Positions 13,797 through 26,089 of a DNA stretch of 61,581 nt are shown here, piece by piece. The translations under genes were made by a program, and so were the position numbers. Numbering within the stretch: the stretch's first letter is position 1; every line of letters begins with the position of its first letter. The notes beneath the pieces were generated by a model, which was not told the origin of the DNA, searched no databases, and saw only the letters and a list, made by a program, of their open reading frames with translations. This DNA comes from Basidiobolus meristosporus CBS 931.73 (lineage: Eukaryota > Fungi > Basidiobolomycota), in assembly GCA_002104905.1 (NCBI GenBank), contig MCFE01000534.1, positions 1 through 61,581 on the forward strand, given 5' to 3'.

Positions 13797-15545
13797 CATT
13801 AAGGTATATGAAGTGTTATAAACTGGATAGTTACAACACAAATGAGCTGGTTTTCCCTTCCAACTCTAGTCTCCATGAAGCCTTTGCAACAGAATGCGAT
13901 GGAGACAAATAGAAGGGAAATTGGAACTAAAATGAACTTCCACCAGAACAAACATGATCCCATTGAGAAATCCCCAACTTAGATATCATGTTCTATTTAA
14001 CAAGTTCTATAGCATTCCAATGGTATTCTGCTGACCTTTGTCAAATCTTCAGATAGATGGTTGGATTGTGCAAGCAATTACCAAACCACATCCATGGCCC
14101 ACTTCATCTCTCAATACTTTTTCAAAAAACAGTTGTTACTTTGAAGATGGTGCATATATGGCCATAAAAATAGGGAAAGATGAGTGCATTGGTGTTTTAA
14201 ATGATTGAGGAGCGGTTTTATATTACTAGGAGACACTGCTACACATTGTGAATATTACATGTAATCATGCTTGGTAAATTGTTCGAAATCAATGATTCTG
14301 TTGCAACAAACTCCACTACTCTACAACCACTGAAAGGATAAAGAAGTCACCATACACTCCATACACCTTTCCGTGACTTTCCATAATACACTGCTACCAT
14401 TAGCTTAACAGAGCTTTACAAAACGTACCAGTACATTGCTCGTACGTACCAAAACTAGAGGTGGCAACACACAACTTCAAATCAACTATGTCACTCGCAT
14501 GCTCCCCCCCCCCGTTCCTTGCTTCCGTTATTTGATCAGTGTGGAAGAACGCTGCAATTGGTGGGTTTTATGAGCCTCATCGATATTTGTTTACCGAATA
14601 GTACCCCACTGGAGATTGCTGCTGACACTTGGCTTCTGGCAGGTTGGTTTATTGTGAAAGCGCGTCCGATTCTCGCCAATCGATCCGAATTGGTACCGCC
14701 TTAGGTTGGTGCTTCGTATGGGTCGCAATGGATGGAAATCCAGCCATGGACATAGCCTGACCCGACATACGTCATCATTGGCACATGCGAGCTTGGCAGG
14801 TATTATCTGTCCCAATTGCACGGCGAGGCTGGAGAGACTCCAACAAATTGAAACCTGTTATAATCTCCGAAATCCGCCAGGAGTTGAAGCGATGCGTGGT
14901 GTACATGTTTGGGAGCTTCCACCACGATTGCAACTGCCGGCTTCTCTTTGTGCCCATGGAAGTGGTTCACTCGCTGGCAGATGGGCCAAGTAGCGCCGAG
15001 GTTGGCTGACAAGCCAATATGTACGGACCAGCACCCTCAGCCCCGCCAAGGCTGTGTGTGCTGTGTGTAGCCACATACGCGGGAGCCGTACGTGAAGAGG
15101 CCATACAGTAGCCAGAAGTGATGTGGGTTCATCACGATCCTGTGCATCCTGAGATTCCATACTCTGCTCGTAAATTTAACCCTGTATTGCCATATATATA
15201 TCCACATACCAGTGTGATTCATGAACCATTGGGATTGAAACCAGCATAGTCACCATGTGATTCCATTCAGGATGGGTGACTGATGGATAAATCGTGGCAT
15301 AAATAGCAAATCATTTAAAGGAATCGATATAAGTGGAAAAAAATCAAGAAAAAGAATTGACCAATTAATCCACACCGCCCCCAATCAAGCCTGCCGATGC
15401 TCCGTATTAATCAACGCTTGCACCGGAGGAGGTTCCTTGACCTACGCACTTGTTGGTAAGGGCTCTCAGATTGCATGGTTCATTTCCCATTACCCACACT
15501 CAACGCAACCCATTCTTGATAGATCGTACGAATTGTGAACCTGCT

Positions 15546-16220
15546 ATGTCTTCTTTAAATACAACCAAGGTCGCTAGCGCTAGGGACATTCCTGCCGTGA
15601 GAAGGGCGGAGCCAGGAACTCCTCTTCCTGCTGATTACAGTACCACTCCCCACGGTACCATTTTCTCTACCACTCCTGGAGGTAGGTTGGCTTTTCTTTA
15701 TTTCCCCTGATGGTCGCGAGGGGGGGGGGAGGCGAATGAACCAGTGCATGCGTCAAGCGACGGTCTTTGTTCACCAACCCGCCCTCCCTTTCAGCTGCAT
15801 ACCCTTGGAGTTTCAAGCAAGTTGCTTACTTGATATACTGTCATTTAGGAACCAAGATCATTTACGATCGCAGCACCCTTCTGCAACTTCGCAATTCACC
15901 CTTGTCTAGAACCCCTCCTACCAACCTCCCTTTTATTCCTGGAGTAACCCGCGCTTCAGTTGGTACTACAGGCACTTCGGCTCCTCACTCGCATTCACAC
16001 CTGCAACACTCCTTCACCCCAGCCTCTTTGCTTGAAACCCAGCAAGAGGAAAGCGATGAGGAAGAGGAAAGCGCTGACGAGGAACACGGTAAGGATGCTC
16101 TACGTGAACCGATTTTCGGAAAACCCGACCTCGCTAACCCTCGAACCCTCTCCCCCCCCCCACACCAACCCTCTAGATAAACACAAGGACGCCGATGTTT
16201 TCGATATGGAGATGGAATAG
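15546..16220 (+). CDS. EIF4EBP: eIF4E-binding protein, metazoan 4E-BP type (3 exons: 15546-15681, 15849-16088, 16177-16220)
   Basis: RDIP (RAIP-like); [17 protein letters not shown]; YDRSTLL (YxxxxLphi); RNSP..TPP; C-terminal VFDMEME* (TOS-like motif). Confidence 0.92.
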
Positions 16221-18246
16221 GCCTCTTGAGGATACCTTCAATAGTTCTTGAATTTATAGGAATTATCAGCTGCCGAAAGCCGTTTCGAAGTACTCTCTCT
16301 TCCCTTTCCCCTTCTCTGTTCTTACCTTGCTGTATCATTGGCCCCTTCTCCGGGTCGATATTCTCTATAAATTTTTTCCACTATCTGGTATGATCGAATT
16401 GAATGAGTAACGGGGTGGCGCCCATGCGAGATATCTCGTTCATGGAGGGTTTCACGGGGGGAGAGGGCATCGATGGGCTGAGATGATGCCTCTGTGGAGG
16501 CCGTGGGGCTTGGCGAGTGGAAGATTGGTCTTGAATGCGAGACGAGTAGGACCGAATGTGTTCGTGGGTATGGTGAGATTGGATGGGATTTGGGCTTGGC
16601 TACTGCACAATGTAGCCGGGGGGACTGCTGAACGATTTACTTCACGTATCACCATGCAGTGGCCTTTCCCGACCTCGGATGGGCGTAGAGAGGGATGCGA
16701 TGTGTTCCATCTCTCTTTGAATAGAAAGATCCATTGCGATGTTTATCATGGCCTCTGCGTGGACCATGGGAGGAGATGAGAATCTAGAACGGGCCCTATC
16801 GAGAACTCTAGGTCATGTCATCGCTTGATCTTCATGGTCATGTCATATTGGGCCACCGTGATCAAGTTTCGGCTGGATTGTTGTGGATCACCTGTTTATT
16901 TACCAACGTCTGGCCTTGCTGATTGGTAGCTCTCTGGTGCTCTGACCTCAGATCATGTGACGGAGTGGAAAGGGTCGGGAATCTGAAGTTAATTGTGAAG
17001 AGGAGCATGGTGAAGCGATGTGGGAGGTGTGATGGCAGGGCTTGGTAGCTGGATGAGATGTTTAGGCGAGTTCACTGGTGAGATCCATGTGGATGGATCG
17101 ATAGGAGGTTAATGGGATGCAAGCAGCGGATAAGGAGGGGAGTAAGGGGCTCCTTAATGGAAAAGGTTGGCTGGGTGCATGAAAAGGGGTCTATCTGTGC
17201 TCCGCATAGTACACGCGCCACGACTGGTATTCAATGGAATGGAACACAGGTGGGCGGGTACTAAGATGAGGTGTCGTCCCTAATTTTGCACCAAGCTGCA
17301 TCTATTCCGGTGCTAGCCGAGGTTCAAAATCTAGATGGTAACCAAGTCTTTGGGAATACTCCCGTCTGGTCGCCGATCATTCGTATTCCTTGGCAGTGCT
17401 GCCAAGTCTGTTCATATTCGCATGCCCCAAGGGTTCTGTTCCATGCGATGGTGACTCGAGCATTCCACAATAAGCGGCACGATGGGTCATGCTGACCAAG
17501 CCTCAAACAAGGTTCCGAAATGATCGAGCTTTGGTCCAAAACATGGGATGCAGCCCAACCCGCCACTGCACGAACCGTTGCCATTGCCATTGCCATCGCC
17601 ATCGCCATCATTACTCAAACAAGCTTCTACGTCGATATGACGCTCAACTAATACGCTTATGCAAGCAAGCCTGGCCACTCGAAGCGCTGGCAATTTCTCA
17701 CTTGGTGGCCAGGAGAGTGACCACCAAGCACCAGTCGGTGATGACGTCTCCCGGCCTGATCTCACGCAACAACTAGTTTGCCGTGGTGACGGATGAGTCT
17801 AGGGAACATACCCTCCGAGCAATGCTCCTCATGTGTGAGTACAAAACTCCCTTTAATGAGCACAGATGGGATCCGATGTAACTTAGGAGACTAGAACCAA
17901 TTAGTGGATAGTACTATTCAGCCATTTAGTAACATTGATGGGAATCCAAAAGCTGCATTTGGATGGGAAATATAGCCAATGATTCGGATTGAAATATACG
18001 AAAAAACCTAGTGCCTAAGATAATGGACAATGATGAGGATCAGGTGGCGCGAATTCAAGGGGCCTTGGGGAGGTTCGAATGATTGGGTCGTCACTTAGAG
18101 GATTTACAAGTTTCTTATTTTTGTTGCAGTGGATGTCCAGGTAACCGCACTTTGGAAATACGTTTGTTCATGGGTCCGAGCATCTAGCCACTAGCCAGCG
18201 GGATCCATTGTATACATCGGTTAAGTCCTTGGTGCGAGGCTCCAGG

Positions 18247-19171
18247 TTACTTCATCCGCTTCTTGGATTTCCTCTTTTGAGAGATGGTGCGGTCTTTGCT
18301 TGCTGGTGGAGGGGTGCTTTCGGGCGTTGGTGTGATGGAGGGTGCCTCTTGGAATTTCTGTTTGTCCTGGCCGTTGTAGGAATGGCCGTTTAGCTTGGGC
18401 CGCTTCAGCAGGGACTCGATCTTGGCCTCGCCGTCATCCTCGATTTCGTACTCATCCTCGCTGGCCGAGCTAGCAGAGAACCTGACCCGACCTTTGCTCT
18501 TGGAGCCGTGCCTCCTGGAGTCTAGATTCTCCTCACTGGAGTCGGAGTCGAAGGCCGTTGGCTTGATCAGGGATGGCATGTCGGCGGTCGGTACAAGCTC
18601 AGTTGCGTCCAGAGCAGCGGCGGGCCCCAACTTCGCCTTGTACTCCTCCACCTCTCGCAGGTATCGCTCGTTGTCGCGTATGTGTCTAGTAAGGTAAACC
18701 TATGGGAATCGTGAGTTCTCGGCTCGACAAGAGCTGGTGCAGTGAGGATCCATGCTTACTGCCTTATCCTCCTCGATCAAGCTTTTCCAGGCAACCCCTA
18801 GCTCGCGTGAGATTTGTTGGCTCGTGTAATTGGGGAACTTCTGGCGGATGTTATCTCTCTCATCGTTGCAGAACATGATATATGGTGTGAACGGCTTCTT
18901 TGGGGCGTTCGGGTCCTTGGCTGCCTTCTTCGGAAACAGGCTGCCGTCGTTTTCGACTACCTTCTTGTATATCTCGGCGATGCGGGACATGCTGAGAGCC
19001 AACGATGCGTAGCACTCACTTAGCTGATAGGAAGTTGTGAGTGGATCGTGCGGGAATTTCTGAAAGATCACCAATAGCCTCGCTAGAGAAATGGCTTACC
19101 TGGGCTGCATCTGCTACGCTGAGCTGCGCGGGTATGTTTGCTCCGGGTGTGGTCTTCTTGGGCCTTGTCAT
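18247..19171 (-). CDS. HMGB-type HMG-box protein, Hmo1-like (3 exons)
   Basis: MTRPKKTT...AAQ / LSECYASLALS...KDPNAPKKPFTPYIMFCNDER...ISRELGVAWKSL / VYLTRHIRDNERYLREMEEY, ending in a lysine-rich tail KRKSKKRMK*. Confidence 0.85.
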
Positions 19172-20623
19172 CAAGGGGCTGGGCAGAGGGATGGGGATTT
19201 CCTTGACAGAGGACGGGAAGAGGCTGAAGGTGTATGGGGGATCGGGAGGGGAGAGAGATGGAATAGAGATTCAGTGATGCTCCCACAGGTACCAGGAAGC
19301 CTTTTTGTGCTTGAGAATTGATGGGGATCGCAAGAAGGGGGTATGCGATGGGCGGGTTTGCCGAGGGTTACGCTACTATCGAATCGATTGGCTAGGAAGT
19401 AGATAAGGGGAGTTCGGCAGTGGGCGTGGCCAGGAAAGGAGGGTACTTTGTACTAGGACAAGACTCAGGGCGCGAACCTCAAACCTAGGTCCCAGAATAC
19501 TCTCCAGGGCATTGATTGTGCTGAAATCCGGGGGTGGCAGTGTGGACGGCTCGTGGCGGGAGTGGCTACGGCGGAATGCTCAAGATTCGCTTGATGATAG
19601 GTGTTGTAGCCGCTGCGAGGGTAGTCCGGCCCTTGTTTCAGAATCACTGGGTGTCACTGAAAGTGCCCATCAGTTGGTGCAGGCGAGGAAGAATATACCG
19701 CCGCATCGATCCCATGCCGGGGCTCTGGACTACGCTCAGAGAACCGCCGCTATACGTCGCATAAACAGGCTGTCTGTATCCCCAGCCCACTCCAATCAGA
19801 ATTCCCCGAGATCTCAGCAATTTGGCGCGGCTGCAAGAATCATTACCACTCATCAATCTAGCACTGATCCATCTAATCTGCGGGCCTTGACGCGAGCCCG
19901 TAAAACTCGCCATTAGTTATGCACCTCATACTTTCACCGCAAGGATTGTCAGCCTAATATTGGGTCACTCTGTGGCCTTCAAATAAATCCTGCCATATAG
20001 CCGTGTTTTTCCCCACTCCATTGCCAGAATCGGATCGGAGGAGGCCATTCTGCCCAGCAGGTAGCACATAGGCCACTGCTAGTCTTCAAGGCGGAGTCTT
20101 GGATGATGCTGAGTGATGTTTGTTGAAGCGCGGGCAGCCCCACCGCACACAGACTCAAAGTGCTATGTAAAATACCACGCCAGGTGAGCAAGGTCGGTCA
20201 TGCCAACACGTCTCCCGAGTTGTCTGCCCTGTGCTATTGCGCTCAAGCGACGTCCGGTACAGCGCTTGTATTGCAGCTTGGCCGTGGCTGCACCTTTCGG
20301 TCCCTGGCTTTCAGCACAAAGGGATCTTTGGGTAATGTTGGGGCCATGGGCAAGAACAGTCCGCTGAGGAATACTCTAACGCCGTACTTTAGGGCACTTG
20401 GCTCGTTCTCTAGACCTGCTCTTGCAACCCTAAAACTCAGATTGCATTGCACCAGAGGCAGGTGATAAATTGGATCCTCAGAGTATCACGCAGGGCGGAT
20501 TGGTCTGGTTGGTTTACATGGGAACCAGGAGGCAGAGTTATTTGAGGCAGGCCAGTAATTTCAATTGATTCGAATGCTTGGTGCATCTGATCCTAGATTC
20601 TCGAACAATGATGGCCTTGCATT

Positions 20624-21377
20624 ATGACACGTGTCATGCTGGAACAAGTGACTGTGAAATCCAGTATTGGTACACCTACTGATACATCACAGCCGAATTT
20701 CGATCAGGTTCCATTGAGTCGATTCCTCGATTTTGTTCCCCATCCGTCCTTGTCACTCCAACTGCATAATCTCTGCTTTACCTCACTGACTTTTCGCTCT
20801 CATTCCACCGCAAATACCCTCTAAACCTAAGAAATCCCCTCTATTGAACCGAATATTATGTGTAGTCTAGGCACTTCCATTGGCGGCAACGCAAATTCTG
20901 GCCCTATCATATTGGATTTGCCTTCAACTGTTCGCAGAGAGAGCGATCTTTATCTTAACTCTAGCTTGACGAACTATCACGATAATCAGACAACAGGTCT
21001 TTTGCTTGCATCTTGGCCGAAATTCTCGCCCAGTCACTAACCTCTCGCCTAGATTCGACCTCCAAGCTGAAAGCGGTCACGGCCCAAGCTTCCAGAAGTC
21101 CGGGATCATCAAATTCTGATGCATCAAATACCATGGAATCCCCCACACGGTAGTTTCCTTGCGCTCCCTACGACACGCAAACCTCCCATCATTAACCTAC
21201 TTTCCCTTTGCTAGGTCTGCAGAGACAATCGAGTATCCAACTCTTGATCTATCCACAACTACGGAGTATGTTAGCGATGAAAAAATAGCCACCGACTCTG
21301 AGCTGTCTTACTTGCTTACAGAAATGAGCGTGGACACTTCTGAGCAAACAAAAACTTATATGCCGTACATAGCCTAA
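20624..21377 (+). CDS. Hypothetical spliced Ser/Thr-rich protein
   Basis: Exons from about 20871 onward join in frame across two GT-AG introns (...DNQTT/DSTSKLK...MESPT/RSAETIEY...PYIA*). The first exon is uncertain and no family is recognised. Confidence 0.35.
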
Positions 21378-21663
21378 TCTTCCCAGGAACATCAGCACTT
21401 TGCTCCCCAATCTGCAGCACACATCACGCCAGATTGCACCTCATTTTCTAACTGCCTTTCTTTAATCTACACTTCGTCCTGAGTTTTATCCTCTCCCGCT
21501 AGACATGAGCTCCATTTTGCTGTACGTCGCCACAGGAACCAGTCGGAACAACTTCTTTATTCCCTTCTGCCCAATTTATTGCCATATATCCATGGGGAGA
21601 AAACGATTCTTTCGGAAGGAATTGGCTTGTGGAGTTTGAAATAAAACTGGCTTTGACTTGGCT

Positions 21664-23518
21664 CTACCACATAAATCTTTGCAGCTCCTCTACATTAGGC
21701 CAGGTGAAGGGTCGATACAGAAACATGTAGAACGTCAGGGAATTCACAACAACATAGATCGTCAGCTCTAAGAGCAAACGGGTGATGGGCTCACGCTTGG
21801 GTGAAGCGTGAATCCGGATCATGAGGAATGGGAGAATGAAATATCTAAACTCCAACAGTGGAGACGGTACTAGAGCCAATGAGATCGAAACGACGTACAG
21901 TAGGCACCAGTAGACTGGCAACTCCTGAAATGTCTGCCATAATAGCTGGCTTGCCAACAGATAAACTGGAGACAACAGGTATCTGACTGCGCCATGGAAT
22001 CTATAGATCTTCTTCCATACGTAGAAGCTGTAGTGTCTGTTGTCGCTCAGTAGAAATGGGTGCTCGAACCTACGGATGTGAAGCATCGGTAAGTGGGATC
22101 GTGGGCAAGCCCGGGGGGAGACTTACGTGAACTTGTAGATGGCATAATTCATGCCAACTAGAGCCAAAAATAGCTTCGAGACTCTACTGGGGCTGAGTAA
22201 GCAAGTTTAGTAAGACGTGTGGAGGGATCTTTGTGCCGGGGTACGAACCTAAGCGTCCCGAGACTGTGAAGGATTTGCCTGGCATTACCGATGGTGATCA
22301 GGTATGGCGCCAGAAACACAGACGTAAAGGAGACGAAGTAGAAGAGTTGCGGGAAATGTAGGCCAGCAATGTGGTTAGACTTGTCTCCTGCAGGAGGTGA
22401 GGGTTGAGGTTACGGCCGAATGCAAACAAATGGTTGGTTATCCATCTACTGACCAAGCACGATCCCTCCATTCCATTTCAAAAACCCGATGAACAGAAGG
22501 ATATTGATGAGGTAAGGGGCCCCCGCCGCAAAAACTCGTTTCCAGTTTCTCAGGGCGTCGCGAATGGCTTCTCCGATCAGCTGGATCAATTGGCCTGAAG
22601 CGCGGAGTGATCCGACAAAAGCGTTTAGTGTGTTTGACCAATGACGCATGATGGGAATTGGCCATCTTACTGCTGTGTTTGAATTGAGATAATCGCAGCC
22701 CTATGGAGGGGTTGCTACGGCTGGCCGAAACCTCCATCAACTCTGTGCAGACTACATTGCCAAGAATGAAGCAGATCCAAATAATGTTTGTTTGACGAAA
22801 CCAAATGGATATAAACGAGGTCTAAACAAACGACGCGTAAGTACATCTGCAGTTCGGATCTTGGGGATATGGCCGAATAGAACCTGGGCAGCCAAGTAGT
22901 TCCGCTTCTTCAGTGACAGCAGGTAGCTCAAGAGCACAAAGAAAGTTGATCCCGTGTCGGTATAATACATAAAATTATAGAAGAACCCAACCGGGAAGAA
23001 GCTTATTACAAATGCAGTCGCTACATTCCTCGTGGTGGACTGTTGGGGGCGGATATGTTGAAGGAGGCCGATGAGGACCAGGTACACCCCCAAACCAAGG
23101 AGGCAATTTGTAGCTCGAAGAATATTGGTAGAACAAGAAAGCTTTGATCCGGTAAAGTTGAGTAAATTGAGGCCACTAATCAGAGCATTGGAGACCAGAT
23201 AACTACAGAACGAAGAAAGGACGGTTAATTCTCAGGTGAAAGGACGCAAGCAAGAGTCATCTTTACAGCCCGGGCGGCGTTGTTATCTTCGGATCCCAGG
23301 TTTGATAGTCTCCGCTGCAATACACCTGAGCTTGAGGTACATGGAAAATCTCATCCTTTAATAAAGCGGTCAAGATCTGGTAACAAACAGAAGCCAGATG
23401 CGGGAAGTACCATGTAAGGCTGGGGAACGACGGTGTCGACTACTCGTAATAGGTATCCATAAACTGATACGAGGCCGGCAAGGCTAGTCAGTGCTAAGGA
23501 CATGGCTGCTGCTGCCAT
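21664..23518 (-). CDS. ALG10: Dol-P-Glc alpha-1,2-glucosyltransferase
   Basis: PQPYM/DEIFHVPQAQVYC..WDPKITTPPGL; FFYNFMYYTDTGS; GDKSNHIAGLHFPQLFY; HPFLLSDNRHYSFYVWKK; PSPLLEFRYFILP; C-terminal RFMW*. Confidence 0.95.
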
Positions 23519-24095
23519 TTGAAAATACACTGCAGTGACTTAACCAAAACCTTAGATATACACGCTTTGTGATATGATTTTTAAACCAACGCTGACTCTG
23601 ATCTGATTAATGAGTATTGATCAACATCCGAAATACCAAGCGGCTTGATGCCATATATGTAAATACGATCCTATGCGATCTGCCAACGCAACAAGTATCT
23701 CGCCGCTTGCTTGGGTGTGAAAGACTGGCACATGCAGTAGCTCCATACATGCGGACTGGATTTCAGGCCCAGCAGCTCCGTGCTGGAATATTCCTATCCG
23801 ATTGGATGGATGGCATTGCCCACCTTCACTCCCGTGTTCAATGACCTCTAGTCTGACGATACAGGCCTTCCCCTACATTAGGCATACAGCCACTCTCGCT
23901 GTCACGAAGCCGTGAATATTGCCATCGGAATGTCCCCAGGTTTCTTCAGAAACGAAACCAGCCACAGGTGTGTTCGCGCATTTATTTTGTATGATATCAT
24001 AGTTGTATTCTAAATTTCGCTCGAGATCCCCATGAATCCAAGTGAGGACCGATCGTTGAGCGAGCTTGATCGTTTCTTACGGCTAGCGGTAGCCA

Positions 24096-24990
24096 TCAGG
24101 AGGTCAAACTCTCCATGAACTCATTCCTATGGGATTCGTTGGATCAGATTCAACGGTTGGCGCGGGTGCATTGAGACAGTTGCAAGCTACATACTTGAGG
24201 TCAATCCATTTCTTTTCCAGTTTCTCATTTTCGGCATCTTCCATGCTGTCCTGTTCCCCAATAATACGTAGTACCGATTTCTTACTGGATTCCTGCAGTT
24301 CACCGACAACGAGTAGTTCATCCAGAATAAAATAGGCCTGTAAGCAAGGAATGAGCTCAGATATCCTCGGGTCGTCAACAGCAAAAATCCCCCAACGTAC
24401 CTTGTTGAAGTTGAAAATCAGATCCAGTTCACACACCTAGTAAACGAGCCAAACGAGAGCAGCTTAGATAGTGAGCCAGACATACATATATTATGGAGAA
24501 TACCGACGTTTCCAAAGTATTTATCAAGGATTTCCACGTAACGATGAATGATCTCGAGAGTAATAAGCTCGTTATCATCTTGGTTAATTCCAGCAACAAA
24601 GAACAAGCTGGCATATCTGCACATAGGGCTTTCTGTTAAGCACGACACAACGTGGGATACACCCGGTTCGGGATAAATACCTTCTGTATACGACCTTAGT
24701 ATCTATTAAACACAGATGCAGCGATTAGTGAGCCATTTCGCAGGGAGGTTCCAGACGGCCATAGCCTCACCTTTATATTCAAGAAAATTGCACATTTTTG
24801 CTTTTCTAGCAAGTACCATCTGTGACACATCTTTGACGATCTTGGCCTTTTCCTTTTGTGAGAGTGTGACGAACCATTTTGTTAGGCGAACCTTTCCTTG
24901 ACGGCTGACAAGAAGCATATAGTTGATCTACATTCCAAAGACGTTAAACTTGAAGGCACGTTACAGGAATAAGCGAGAACCCACCCCCAT
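24096..24990 (-). CDS. APS1: Clathrin adaptor AP-1 sigma subunit
   Basis: [21 protein letters not shown]; RYASLFFV...[42 protein letters not shown]. Confidence 0.92.
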
Positions 24991-26089
24991 GATAGATGCT
25001 TTGGTGGTAAGAAGTAAATCAAACACAAGGCTGTTTCGCGTAACTATCAAAATGCCGCCAAATTTTGAAAGCTCTCTGATTCTAGGGCTCTGTTTTGGAT
25101 GAAATTGAATTGCTCCACCTGGCCAATAAGCTGCCCAAACTCGAGGCATCTGAGTGCATTATTTTCGGGAGCTACTGCTACTATTTCCGTCCACGCTGGG
25201 TGAGATTGGATTGTGGAGCTCAGATGACTGCACTCCATAGTAGTCTTGAGTAAGCAACCCAGCTCCATCAGCGGGTCTCCATGAAGCACAACATGAGGCC
25301 AATACCAGACGCCACCAGGCCACCAATCAGATCCAAGCAGACGTACAGCAATCCAAGGTGAATATGAAGGAGACTTCAGATCCAGTCGATAATGGACAGC
25401 AATTCAGCGGATTCCGATAGGGATGCACCTCAGGAGTTCACTGAGCCTGCATAAACGAAATGGCCACCATTTCGAGAACAGACCATCTATGAAAAGATAT
25501 ATTGCTTCAAAGATCAGGAAGTCCAGAAAGCCCATTAGGATTTATACAGATGTAGGAGGTCAGAAACGTGTGACGGCTGGACAGAGATGTGTCAAGTAGG
25601 GATGAGCAATGCGCCTGACCAAGCCATCGTAGCCCTCCTACGACCAGAGCCCCACGCCAAGGTACCTTCAAGGCGACCTCAAGTTCGGAAAAGTGGGAAC
25701 AATCGACTTGTTGCTGGCCGCACACCATCGCTGATCGGAGACTAGACTACGTGCACAATTCCAAATCCTTCCTGCTGCGTTAGCCACACTAAGATGGAGA
25801 CATGCAGTGGTCTAAGTACTGGAGAGTCGTTGCTTCGCTAGCATGTACGAGGATGCATCTTCATGCAAGTTGAAGTCGCCACCTCAAATGTAACCCGCCC
25901 TCCCTTGGATGGTTGGGAAAGATATTAAATTCCGGATCAGTATGGAATTAAGCGATCATGAATATACTCTTGTGAACTCTGCTTCCACGCTTGTACTTCG
26001 CACCACATCCTTTTGTAAACCTTCGAAGATCAGTTGACGGCTTTGCTGCTAACATACATCCTTCTCTCGCACTCCCCGGCTATTCACAA

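Noticed and set aside
13800-14400. Possible PIF/Harbinger transposase debris (LLGDTA, DG..M.I)
   Set aside because: The motifs are too short and out of the expected order.
18247-19171. HMG-box gene as a Mucorales-type sexP/sexM mating locus
   Set aside because: The KDPNAPKK signature and lysine-rich tail are HMGB/Hmo1-type, and the flanks are not tptA/rnhA.
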